From NCBI RefSeq assembly GCF_009914755.1, contig NC_060927.1: 64,000 nucleotides of DNA. The stretch is one strand, 5' to 3'. The notes below the pieces were generated by a model. The model searched no databases, was not told the origin of the DNA, and saw only the letters and a program-made list of their open reading frames with translations. This DNA is from the human T2T-CHM13v2.0 reference genome, Homo sapiens. Every line of letters starts with the position of its first letter. Within the stretch, counting starts at the first letter, position 1. A program made the position numbers and the translations under genes. Positions 27,408 to 41,249 of the stretch are shown one piece after another.

Positions 27408-28399
27408 AAGAAGACTGGAGGCTGGCAGGGAGCAGATAGGGAGATAGGGAGAGACTCTGCTACACATTCATTATCCAGCATCTCCTAACAGACTCAGCCA
27501 TCTCACACTAAGAGACAGCAAACAAAGAGAAGGCTCCCAGCAGCCACATGGCAATCACACTGGAATTACCTTCTGTGCACCACTGGACAGCTGGAGGGGT
27601 GAGGCCAGAGGGCCTATTCGTAAACAAGTCTCTCCCAGTCATGTCCATAAAGGCATTTGCCTGTAGGAGGTGATTGGCTTCCGATGAAGTTGCTATAAGA
27701 GGACACTGACAGGGAAGATCTTTGCAGAGATTTAGAGGCCTGATCTGCAATTTAGGCAGAGAGTTTTTGGTGCAGTAGGAAGTTTGAAGAAGTCTTTGCA
27801 GCAGTAGTTATTGGTTTACAGTGGACCGTCTTTACCAGAAGTCGTGAATAGATTTTCTCAGATGAATTGCCTGTCATCAGCTGAATGTTGAAAGAACTAG
27901 GGCTACTTGTGTAACAGAGAGAGGAACAATAGGTTGTGGGCCTTCCAATAATAGAATAATAAAGTAGGAAGGATGCTTAGTGATTTTCTAGTATTTTCTA
28001 GTAATACAATAACCTTCTATTACACATGGGGGAAATGAAAACTAGAGAGAGAAAGGGATTCCCCCGTAGTTACCTGGCTAGTTAGGGCAGACAGTGAAAA
28101 ATATATGGATCTATCAGGTGCTTTTTTTTTTTTCTCTGCATTGCCCGTTGTGATTGGAAATATTAACTGGGTGGCAAGACACAACAAGAATCCTTGGGTT
28201 GCTCTGCTGAAGTGGGCGGCAGGAAAGTATAATGATCCATCTTGCTTTGGAGGTTCAGCTAGAACTTTGTTTCATAAAGGGACTTCTTCAAACCACCTGG
28301 GAGGCTCTCGCTTGTTTCACATGCCCAGACTTACCTCCCTGGGCGTAAGGAGTATCCAGCTGCCCAGGTGATTTCGATTTGCTTATCCTCGCCACTTGA

Positions 28400-28602
28400 G
28401 ACTCCTTAAGTCTAGACAGCAATGGTTCTGAACCTCACCAAGCATTACAATCTCTTGTGGAATTTCTAGACTTTTAAGTAATATTCCAGCTCAGATTTAA
28501 GTCTGGGAAATTCTGATTTAATTGAACTGGGGTAGTGCCCAGGCATCTGTATTTTAAGCATCCCAGATATTCTAATGTGTAGCCAGCTTTGAGAAATACA
28601 GG
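28400..28602. mobile_element. MER5-type hAT DNA transposon
   Basis: caatggttctgaacct...attctgatttaattg...gcatctgtattttaa...attctaatgtgtagccagctttgagaaatac. Confidence 0.7.
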
Positions 28603-30980
28603 GCTAAAGGAAGCCTGAAGGTTTAAGCCTGGAATTAAACAACAGCAAGAAAGTAGAGAAGTAGGAAGGATGGATTGGAGAGATCTTACTGAGGATGAAT
28701 TAGGTCAGAAGAATGTCATTGCTTAAGAGGAGAGTAGGAAAGGAGAGACAAGAAACTGGTGAGCCTTCCTAGGAGAGTAATGAGGTTCAAACAGGCTCAG
28801 GTGGAAGCTCTCTGGGGGCCAGATTAAACAAAGACAGCAGGGCTTGGAAAGAATTCCGTGAAGACGCTGATCTACCCTCTCTAGACTGAAGTATATGTGG
28901 TTTCCTCAGCATAAAGGAATGACAGAGGACAAATAACTCAGCAGGAAGTGTTTGGAATTGGCAGGTAAGGAAAAATAATAAGGGAGCAGCCTTAGAAGGA
29001 TAAGCGCGTCTTTAGTGTCAGCAATCCTTGGGCTGTAGTTCATCTGATAACAAGGTCAAAAGTCTCCTGTAAAATGCACGATAGAATCTTTGGACCAGAG
29101 GGCCTTAGAGCTCAGGGGAATCAACCCCTTCACTTCACAGAGGAGGAACTTGAATCCCAAACAGGGGCAGGGACTTGCCCAAGATCCCAGCCAGTGAACG
29201 CATTGGGCCTGTAAGGCAGGGCTCTGAACTCTGTTCACTCCTAGGAGAGTCCGCACAGTGCACAGTGTGATAGTTAAGAACTACTCCAGGCGCAGAAAGC
29301 TCATGTACCTTCCCCAAAGTTATACACCTAGTAAACGTGGGTGTGTATAAAACACCAACTTTCTCATGTTTTGTTGGGAGGATTAAATATTCGTAAGGCA
29401 CTTAGATCAATGCCCAGCATGCAGTATGTGTTATATTAATTATAATTATTACATCATACTATTTTGTTCAAGTATTAAAGTGACATCACAGTGAATAAGA
29501 CTGAAATCTTGTCTATTTGAGGACAGATATTTAGAGAAAATGCAGACTTATTAAAGTGCTCTGTCTTTAATAAAACTCTAAACATTAGAATTTAGGTGAA
29601 TACTGAAGCCATGTGTTTTCAAGTGCAGTTTGTTTAAAGTGCAGATTTGTAAGCCTCAGTCCAGATCATTTGAAACAGAATCTCTTGGAGGAAGGGACAA
29701 GGAACTGGCATTTTCCAGATGTACTCCCAAGTATTTCTGTTGAACTGTAAAGTGTGACACCTACCGCTCCTTACTGGGGAAGTGGAGTAACCTAAGGTAA
29801 AGAGTCAAGACCTTTTTTTCCTTCAGTGATATAGTTACTACTGGATTCTCCTTCTCACCATTACAGATATGGAAATTGAAGGTTAGAGAGGTTGCATAGC
29901 TCGCCCAAAGTTATTAACCTTGTGAATGACAGACTAGGGACTCTGAAGCCATATCCTTAGGAACCCAGAGTTACCATTCTCCCGGTTACCATGTGAGTTT
30001 GAGCATTTTTCTTATCTATTAAATGGGTTCATGTTGGTATCTAATTCAAGGGATGTTGTGAAAATTAAACAATGCCTGTCAGGCATATTGCAGATACTTT
30101 GCTCATGGAAACAATCAAATGATAGCTATCGATTCTCTTATTGATGTTAGCATTGTTACTTGTCCTTTTCAAATATTTTATTCAACAAACATTTGTTTGA
30201 CACCCCCTCTGTGCCATATACTGTGCTAATCTGTGAACCCACAAAGGCCAGAAACTAAAATTTGGTTTTTCTCTCCATGAACCAACCAGTCAGGTAGGAA
30301 CTGTAAATAAAGATCTGTACCATAGACAAAATGTAATTCTGATCAGAGAGGAACAAAATGTGCCCTGATGATTTAGTAAAAACAAAACTTATCTACCAGG
30401 TATCCTTAAGAAATACATTATTCTGGGTAGCTGAGTTTTCTATAATAGTTGAACATATACTTGTTAGATAGCATTTTATGTTTCTTTTTGTATTGGAAGA
30501 TAGACATTTCTGAATATAATACATACTTACTTTTTAAGCCAAAAATAGTGTGCACCCTCAGGATTACCATGGGGAACTTTATTTTCTGGGTTGTGTTATC
30601 ACACCAAAATCCTCAGGGGCTTTTGCAAGTACTTTTTTGTTTTTGTGCCTGGCTTTCATTTTTTTTTTTTTTTTTGTCTCATTGTTGCAAATATCCACTC
30701 CACTCCTCACAGAGGTCATTGCAATATACCAGAAAGAATAAAGACTTAGGAGTTATCCAACCTATATTTTTATACTAACCCTTTCAGGCTGTATAAATTA
30801 AGCCATTCATCCATTCAACAAATGTTTATGAATGCCCAGTTGTTATATTAGGAATTCTGTTATGTGTAGGGATGCGAGATATAAATGTATCTTCAAGGTT
30901 CTATAGTGTTAAAGTTTCCCTAATTGTTCATTACTTTTTTGTGGTATGTAATTTATATTATATTTAATTCTTAATAATGA

Positions 30981-31260
30981 TTTATTTTCATAGGTTATTG
31001 GGGAACAGGTAGTGTTTGGTTACATAAGTAAGTTTTTTAGAGGTGATTTGTGAGATTCTGCTGCGCTCATCCCCCAAGTAGTATACACTGAACCCGATTT
31101 GTAGTCTTTTATCCCTCACCCTCTTCCCACCCTTTCCCCGGCTCCCCAAAGTCCATTGTGTCATTCTTCTGCCTTTGCATCCGCATGGCTTAGCTCCCAC
31201 TTATGAGTGAGAACATATGCTGTTTGTTTTTCCATTCCTGGGTTACTTCACTTAGAATGA
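30981..31260 (-). mobile_element. L1PB-type 3' end fragment
   Basis: ataggttattggggaacagg...ccccaaagtccattgtgtcattctt...ctcccacttatgagtgagaacat. Confidence 0.85.
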
Positions 31261-32420
31261 CATTCTCTAATAATTTCTTTGCATCTCTACAGTGGAGCTG
31301 GGGCAGTAACTAACAGAGATGTTTTGCAAGAGTGGAAGACAAATACAATTAAATGCACCTGGGATTCAAATCCCCTCCATCTCCTCTGTTCACATTCTGT
31401 ATTCACAAGCATTATGGTTATGGAACACCTTCGTGCTGAGCACTGTTCCAGGCCTTGGGGGATGCATCCGGGAACGGGGCAATCAGCTCATGTTAAGCTT
31501 ACATTCTTCAGGCAGTGGGGTGGATGGGGGTACGGGAGAGACTAACAATCAACATGTAAATATATAACACAGTCTCGGATAATTGATATTTAAAAAATAT
31601 GGGGCAAGGATAAACCAGCAATCGATTTCTTTTTCTCCCTTACTTCTCACCATGATTTGCACAAATGTGTTGCTTAATAAATAAATCCTTATGATTTGTA
31701 TCAGACTTTACTGCTAGATACTATTTTTTCAAGGTGTTATACCTCATTGTGAAAAAAAGTCTAAAGGTTGTGATTTATATAAACCACATTTCCTGTCTTT
31801 AGTCAATTTTGTGTATTTAATTTACTAAAAATGAAATTTACCAGGACAAATAATTAAAACAGACATAGTATATATAATTATTACTTTGAATGTTAAGGAA
31901 TTAGGTAAACATGGTAATGTGAAGTTTATACACAAGACAGACCCTGTAAAGTCCACTTTCAAATAGGGTTAAAGCATAATCGACAGAAAATTTAAAAAAT
32001 AAAACATAGGACTTATCGGGACTAGGAATATAAATATGTAAAAATTAATATATAAAAGGAAATTGTTCCTGAATGGCAAGATGACTAATTTTAAAGTTTA
32101 AAACTTCTATTTTTATGCCACCAAAACTTAATAATACGTATCCCGTTGTGATAAAGTACATTTTAAAGACTCTGATTTAAGCTATTTTACTACCAAGAGT
32201 TGGAACAAATAAAGTCAGGACAGGTGAAAATATATATTTCCTTCACTTTGAAGGGAACCACACGAGGGAATTTAGCAATATGGGGGCAGATGGTGGGGGA
32301 GGAAATCCTGCTTCGGAATGTGAGTGTGTGAATTCTCAGCTTTCTGCCATGGTTCTTTGTTACTACTGATTCTTCAGTGCAACACATACATAGCCAATAC
32401 AAATGTAAAATTATTTTGCA

Positions 32421-32717
<297 letters not shown>

Positions 32718-33515
32718 AATATTTTGTCATCATTGCTAGTGAATGTTTGGAATAAAACATGTACAGATTAGGCAAATTTATATTTAAGAAAAATCCATAA
32801 ACACGTATCTTGTTCCTCCATATGAACGTCACTCGGTCTTACTCTCTGGGTGGGCCGATCGTCTTATCACTGAGTAGCGGCAGTCCAAAGAATGAGGCTC
32901 AACACCTTGGTCTGCTGCTATTGATGGAATATGTGATCTTGACAAGTATTTTAATGTTATTCAGCTGTAGAATATTGACAATAATATTCATTCTATGACA
33001 TCGAACCATATGAACTTGGTAGCATTCCACCATTAACCTACAAAACAGGAAGTTCCTAAGGTTCAATATGATACATAATTCATCATATGACTATCAAATG
33101 GAGTATGTGTGAAAGTGATTTTGTACTGAAGTATTCCAGGTTTGAATCATTATGTAGCAATAGACTATTGAATCATATCTTTGTGATATATCATGCTTTA
33201 TGAATTGGGTCACCATCCCATATTTAAAGTGCTAAAATATTAATGAGGATGGTAAGAAAAATACATGAACAGTTACAATAAAAAAAATCAGGTGTGAACC
33301 GAGGATCCTGCCTCATTGGTCCAGGGTCACTTCTTATTTCCAGGTCCACATCTGATTGCTTGTAATTCCCTGGGATGACAAATATTAGCCCAGTGATCTC
33401 CCACCTTTATTTTGTACTCCACATATAATGGTCCAAGAGAAAGTTTCTACAACTTCACAAGTATTAACTCAAACTGCAATTTATTTTAAAATCTTTAAAG
33501 GTCTTTTATGTACAT

Positions 33516-33731
33516 CAGGTGTTAGCAAACTTTTTCTACACAGGGCCAGAAAATATTTTTGACTTTGCAGGTCACATGGTTGCTATTGCAACTCCTCAAT
33601 TCTGCTGTTGTAGCTCAAAAGCAGCCATATACCAACACCTAAATAAATATGGCAGTGTCCTTAAAGACTTTACCTAGAAAAACAGGTGGTGGGATAGATT
33701 TTGCCTGTGAGTAGTAGTTTGTCAACACCTA
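33516..33731 (+). mobile_element. MER58A hAT-Charlie MITE
   Basis: Terminal inverted repeats caggtgttagcaaact and agtttgtcaacaccta, about 216 bp long. Confidence 0.88.
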
Positions 33732-35219
33732 ATCCAGATGAAAGATTATGGTGCAGATTCTTCACTAAGCTTTCAGCTATGGGACTTGGATTAGGAAAGT
33801 GGATTAAGGTCTATAAAATCTTTGAAAATCAAACCCAATCACTTACATGTATGTCAGTATGTATACTTCATTTTTACTTTTTTTTGTTTATTGTGTAAGA
33901 TTGTTCAGAACTGTCATCAGATTCCCATAATAGATTCTATAATTGAGAAAAGGTTGAAGGCCACTGCAATTGGATTATTTTCTGCATGAATCAGACCAGT
34001 ATCTGGAGGTTTTAGGGCAGTAAACCTTTCCTCAATTTTTAAATCACTCATTCAGCAATCTGAGTTGTCTGACAAAGAGTGAGCAGCCTTATGTGGTACA
34101 GATGCTCGGCTGAGGTTGCAAGATCACTGTTAATAAGTTAAGAGTTTGGACTAGATGACTTAAGGTACTTCCAACCATTAGGCCTTATAATTTTTTCCAA
34201 GAAGTTCTACTTTTTCTTTTTCCATATTTTCTTTTCTTTTTTGTCTAAATTCAATTTATCACATTCTTTAAACCTAAGAAACCTCCTCTACAGGTTTCTA
34301 TTTCCCCATAGTCCTTCCTGAGCTCCATTTTCATGTATCTGGGTCGTGGATGTTACATGCATTTTTCTTCAAGTGTTCACAGTTGTGTAAAACCCTAATG
34401 TATTCCAAACCTGATGTCATGGTGATTACACTTATTCAAATGTCTCCTAAATTCTAATTTGGGGGCAGTTTGTCAAAAAGTACCCTGTTTGTAAGCATGC
34501 ATGTTACTGTGTTTGCATGCTATAATGCTAAAATGACATTTTAAACAAGATACTCAAGTATTCCTTATCTTTGTCTTCTACCAAATGCCAGATTCTAGAC
34601 TGAAATGGCTCGGAATATTAACTGATGAATTTAGTATAGTAGAGCGAAGTTTGAGAACATGTTTTATGTTTGTGGAGTTAGTACAGTTTGCAAAAGTGTT
34701 GACTGTACACTTTATGTCTGAAGAGCTTTGCCTAAGGATCCAGGATGGCTAGGCTCCAGAACTAGATACTTGTGGACTTCCTGTGGGATATGAGTAAAAT
34801 CCCTATGAGTTTCGTTTATAAAAAAAAAAAAGGAGTAGAGATGATGAGAAATAAAGCCCTTTCTAGTTTTTCCCTTCTACGGATCTGTCCAAAAAATAAA
34901 AAACAAGGAAAATAATGTTTTTTAAGTGTCAGTATCTTATTAGTTGAGGCAACAGACCTACATACACAAAATGGAAATGCCATTTCAATGTGGGTAAATT
35001 TGTGGGTAAATTATGATAGAATGAACTAAGGACAAGAATACTTAAAGCATGCCAGGTTGAGGGTGTGAACCCAAACAAGATATATAAATATTGTATCCTT
35101 TCTAGGTGAGCTCAGTGTTGGCAAATGCAAAGAATATGACTTGGGGGAAGATGGTGGATTATGTAAAAGGTCAATCTGTAAGGGCTCAAGGATGAAAACA
35201 ACCTGTAGGATACAGCTGA

Positions 35220-35581
35220 TGTAATAGTTTGCTTTCATGCTGCTATGAAGAGATACCTGAGACTGGGTAATTTATAAAGACAAGAGATTTAATACACTCA
35301 CAGTTATGCATGGCTGGGGGAGGCCTCAGGAAACTTACAAAATGGCAGAAGGCACCTCTTCACAGGGTGGCAGAAGACAGAATGAGTGGAAGCAGGGAAA
35401 TGCCAGATACTTATAAAACCATCAGATCTCATGAGACTCACGCATTTTCAGGAGAACAGCACAGGTGGCGGAGAACCTCCCCCATGATCCAATTACTTCC
35501 TCCTGGTCCTGCCCTTGACACATGGGGATTATTACAATTCAAGGTGAGATTTGTGTGGGGATACAGAGCCAAACCATATCA
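35220..35581 (-). mobile_element. THE1C-like MaLR solo LTR
   Basis: tgtaatagt...gagactgggtaatttataaag...aaggcacctcttcacaggg...ccaaaccatatca, with degenerate TSD gctga/gctag. Confidence 0.92.
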
Positions 35582-37705
35582 GCTAGCTAAACAATTTGTA
35601 AGGAGGGTTTGCTCAAAAGAATGAGAGACAAAGGTGATTAGATTTTTGTCAAGGATGCAGGGTTAATGACTGTAAATTCTCTGTCACAAAAGGAGTAACC
35701 TAATGAAAATTCTGCTTTTGAAGGCTGATCATTACATAGTCCTTTAAGTTAGAAAATGCTGACTAATGAAAAAGGCAAGAGGTTTAGTGGGATGGGGAGC
35801 ATGAGTGAAGGGCATTGTATTCAGAGAAATCATTACCTTTAAGGAAGAAATTGGTTAGGATAAAGAATGGGCCACAAAACATAAGACGTCAGAGAATTTC
35901 ATAATTGAGAGAGAAAAAGGACACTCCCTCAGAATTAATGACTGCCAAGTTTGGGCTAAATATGTAGAACTTTAATGGGAGAAATTCGCGGTTGGACTGC
36001 ACAGTAAAAGGTCATGGAAGAAGCAAGCCGTGAAGCTGTGGGCAATCAGATCTTAAGACAGGTCATGGTCAGTCAGGAGAGAAAAGATTTCTGAAGATGA
36101 AAAGAAGCCAGTAACTAGGAGAAATGAGTGTTGAAATATGCAAAATAGAGTTTTTTAAGAATATTGGTTCAGTAATATATAAAAATAAATTCCTTGATAA
36201 GAATTTTTGTTCAAATTGTGGCAAATTGAGATATTAAGGCATACAAAATGCTCTAAATGAATTTTATTTTTTGAAGTTGTGTTTTCTGAGAGTTAAGCTG
36301 ACATGGATTTGAGTTGGGATGAGTAGAGAGATAAGGAACTTCATATTTTTCCATATGAGGTTGAAAAGGAAAGATTTCCATCTAAGGAAAAAAAAAGATG
36401 CTAATGGGCTTAATTTAGAGTTTGCAAGTGAGTTTTGGAGGCAAATTTATCTCAAGTTTATGAATAAATTTAGTCCTCCAGGGTCCTTGGGCACTGTTAG
36501 GTACAATAAAAAGGCAATACACTAAAAGGCATCAAGGTATTCTTTGGCATCCTCAAAACTAAGTATGATGATTAATGATGGAATAGTTATAGTAATGGCA
36601 GGGTAAATTCTAAGTATTGGAATGTTTTCTGAACTAAAAAGGTAAAAGGAATTGTGTGGTCAGGAATGCTTCTGAAGCTAACCCGAAGACTCATTTTGCA
36701 AAAGATCTAGGGAGGTGGATAATGAAGGCTTAAGCAATAATTGGATGGATTGATAAATTGGATGGATGGATAGGTGGAAGAAGTCATGTTTAGAGTTTTG
36801 AATCACTTTTATCTAAGGGTTGAGGATACTTCCAGAGTCTTTGAGGGCTCAAGTTTCCTTGAGCAATAGTAATCCTAACTGTCTTTTCTTATATTACCTT
36901 TGAGAGTCAGTTCCTTCTGGCAACATTGAGAATCTGCAGAAGGGCAAGCATTCTGTAAATATCATTCACCTATCATTACCCATTTTCTTATGCCAATTTT
37001 CTGGTCATATCGTGGAAAAAGGCTGACTATTTTGATGAGACAGAATTAGTAAAATATTTAGTTATTTCATAGAAAAAAGAAATATTCCTCTTAACTGTGA
37101 AAACTTCATATTGCCCAAGTTTTGTGGTGAATGAAAATAAGGAGCCATATATGTAATTTAGCAAAGCACGAATTTGAAACAATATAAATTTAAATCTCAG
37201 ATTTATTACCAACACCTGAGTAACAACTTCCCTATCCTTGCTGAACGTAAAGATCATCATGTATAAATGCTGACATTTTGTGAGGTCCTCAAAGGTTTAT
37301 ACCTATTTGTGATCCCATCCTCCCAATGAGGATATCCCAGTTTGATCACAGTTGGTGAGGAGGAGGTCCCTCCAGGCCTGCTCTATTGGAGATTTCTCCT
37401 ACAACATTCTCTCTTACAACTGCTGACACCCTGTCAAGGAGGCCTTTGAGCCAGGAGATCTAGTAGCATCAATGAGCTTCTGGTCTGCATCACTACTAAG
37501 TGCTATTTTATTTTGTTAAATGAGTTTATATTGATGTTTCTATACAATCAAGTCTATTTGTAGTTTTATAGCTTTAAGTTTGCATGCTCCAATGGGGAGT
37601 AAGTGTGGAAACTGTTAAAAGAAGTCAAGGGTTAGACAATTCATGACAAGAATTTGTTTCTGATGCACAATTTTTTTTCTTATTGGACTATAGATAAAGA
37701 CTTAG

Positions 37706-38008
37706 CACCAGGCGCTCTGGCTCACGCCTGTCATCCCAGCGCTCTGGGAAGCTGAGGCAGGTGGATCACCTGAGGTCAGGAGTTTTGAGACCAGCCTGGC
37801 CAACATGGTGAAACCCCATCTCTACGAAAAATACAAAAATTAGCCGAGCACAGTGGTGCATGCCTGTAATCCCAGCTGCTCAGGAGGCTGAGGCAGGAGA
37901 ATCGCTTGAACCCAGGAGGCAGAGGTTGCAGTGAACCAAGATGGTGCCACAAGACTCCAGGCTGAGCAAGAGAGAAAGCCTTCATCTCAAAAAAAAGAAA
38001 AAAAAAGA
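37706..38008 (+). mobile_element. AluSx-like
   Basis: Full dimer with A tail and flanking acttag repeats. Confidence 0.93.
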
Positions 38009-40658
38009 ACACTTAGGTTTTCATGAAATATATCTGGTGTGAACCAGTGAACCAGTTCTTCTTAGATTTCAGTTTTTCTGTCTGTTAAATTAGAAAAACT
38101 AAGCTAGACTACCTCTCAGGTCTATTATTTCTAAAACCCATCTATGCAGCTAAGGTTGTTTGGAATCTGAAATTTTAGAGATGTGGAGATTTTCAAGCAC
38201 ACTGACAGAAAATAAAGGTGCAACAGACTAAAATGACAACATTTAGGGAAGAACAGGCAAAGCAAGAGGGAGTGCAGACCATTGGCAGAAACCTCTTGAT
38301 GTTTTCAGTTCACTTCTGTAAAGTTCTTTCTTCCTGAATTAATGCAGAGTGTAAGACAGTTAATCCAAGAAAAACAACTTGAAAAGAAAAAAAAAATTGA
38401 CTTTGGGCTTTCTATCTTTAGGTGTGACTGACTTGACAAAAACCTTTGAACAGAATGATTGTTCTATGAGTAAATTGATACTGAGAGTCACCCAAAGGTA
38501 AAGACTTGGAAGATAGGTAGGATTTGCTTCACTCTTCTTGCCCTATGGCACCAGCTAATCTTTTTCCTCTTTTTCTCTCAATAATGTTTCAACATATTTA
38601 TCTATAAAATGGAAATTAATACTGAGCATGAAAAGAAAAGGCCATGAAAATCCCCTAACATAGACCGTTAATTTTTCTTTCCTTTTTATTTTTAAGAAAC
38701 AGACACTTTCTTTAACTGGACTTTTGTTCAGAACCCTAATATACCTTAGACAAGAAAAAGCTGAACTTCATGGTGTTAAGGAGGTGTGTATCAAGTCCCA
38801 CCGACAATGGCTGTTTCTTTACCTCTGGTGAACACACTGAGTCACCAGGAAACTGAGGATATCTGGAAACACAAGCTGAAAATGACTGATCTATTCCAAC
38901 TCCCCTCCACCACCCCTGTCTTTTGTAATAAAGCCCCCTTGAAGCCCTGAGAGGAGTAAAGTTGCCTCATTTAATGTAGCCAGTCTAAGACAAAAATGAT
39001 CTAGAAGAAAATGAGTGGTGATGAGGGTATTGTTTTGACCCAAGGTTACAGATGGAAGGGAGGGATAGGTTTCATATAATTACTTTATTTTTATGTGACA
39101 CTTTAAAAACTCAAACAGACCATTCAAACACACTATCTAATCAGTTTAATTCAGCAAGTATGTCCTGGATGCAAACGATGTAGCGCGTTTTGTGGTAGAA
39201 CCAATGCATTGACTACCAGGCGCTGTATGACAATTATGTTGCACATTTAAAGAAAGCCTCTCAACCACCTTCTGAGGGAAGCATAGTTGAAGAAACTAAG
39301 GTTCAAAGGCATTGAGTAACTTGGCCATGGCCTCAAAGCATGTCATTAGCAGAACTGAGATTGAACCTAGGTCAGCCCCATTCCAAAACTTGCAATTCTT
39401 CAACTCTATCCTCAAGGAGCTATAAAACCACAAGAAATACAGAGCTGAGAGAGAGATGTTTCACCCACAAATTACCTAAAATCCTCTGCAGCAGGTTAAT
39501 TGTTGAACAAGCAAAGTAGGACAGAGTAGCATTGATGAGATGAAATAAAAGAACAAAATTCAAAGGAGAAAAATTATACTTAAATTAGGAACTAGGAAGT
39601 ACTAAGTAAGGAAGAGAGCACTGAGGGTTGGGTAGGCATGGGAAAGGCAGTGGGGTGGAGATCCTGGTCTCCATGCTGTCACGTGCAAGGAAGCTGAAGT
39701 TTGAGGAGTCTGGAGGCTTGTTCAAGTTTTCACAGCTGATTATGGTGACATTAGAAATACAGGGAAATGACTTTTAGGAGTAAGAACCTAGGGATAAAAG
39801 CAAAACAAAAAAAATAACAAAGTAATTACAGACAGGAACCAGAACTTACTATGTGGAAATAAGGGAAATTATAGAAATAGATGATGAGTATGGAACCAGT
39901 GCTGTTTTTCTCTCTTCTGCCTTAGAGATGATGTCTTCCTTCTATGTAACACTCTTTTCTGAATCTGCCTTGGTCTTTATTATTGAAGATGTTGGTCACA
40001 TTATCTATCAGTCTCTTTAGAAACTAAATCTACATTTCTGCCAACTTAAAAACTCATACTTTTTCGAATCTCACACACTAATATCATTATTGTTGAGAGC
40101 CTATTTGTGTGGTGATGTTTACCTTCTAGTGCTCACCTGGCTTTTGAGCTATCAGGCATCCCGTTTGGATCTTTGGATGTTGGGGATGTCCTTATGGGTC
40201 CGTGTATATGACCACTCATATGGGAGTTTATCTGCATTTTGGTTTTGGAATAATTCATGCCTTTGTTCATTTCTGTTTTTGACATTTGCTATGATTGCAT
40301 TTACTTTTATTTTTTCCTATATTTCAGTTTTATCTGAAGACAAATTTTAGTGTAAATCAAACATATTCAAAAGTGTCATCTTGAGAGTATTTATAAGTTT
40401 CACTTCAACGTTAAATCTATCAACTTTTACTTCTTCTCTACTTACTATTTGGCAGTAAATAAACCACGTCAGCCACAATCTCAAAAGAGAAGTGAAGAAA
40501 ATTAATATACCCTTTTAATTTAAAGATACAGGATTATCAGATGGTCTTCTAATTATAGGGACCTCCTTAATTCTCATACCCCACTCTCCCATTTCTACCA
40601 ATTTAACTTTGTTAATTCCTTCCCTATATAACTCTGTTTTGACCTCATAGAGACATAG

Positions 40659-40832
40659 TTTTCTTCCTTTCTTTCTTTTCTTTCTTTTTCTTTCTCTCTT
40701 TCTTTTTCTTTCTTTTCTTTCTTTCTCTCTTTCTTTACTTTCTCTTTCTTTCTCTCTCTCTCTTTCTCTCTTTCCTTGCCTCCCTCCCTCCGTCCCTCCC
40801 TCCCTCCCTTCCTTCTTTTTTTTTTTTTTTTT
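40659..40832. repeat. Compound polypyrimidine tract (TTTC/TC/CCCT/T)
   Basis: 174 nt with only 3 purines, contiguous with an antisense Alu tail. Confidence 0.95.
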
Positions 40833-41089
<257 letters not shown>

Positions 41090-41249
41090 TAACCTATTCA
41101 GTGAAACAACAGTAGTATTGTTTTTATCTATTTTGTTTGTTCCCTTCCCCAGTGGTATAAGCTGGAAATAATCACTTAACTGTGTAGGTTGGGAGATGAC
41201 AAATTCATGTTTTCTAAACTGATTCACATTTCTAAACCCTCACCCTTTT

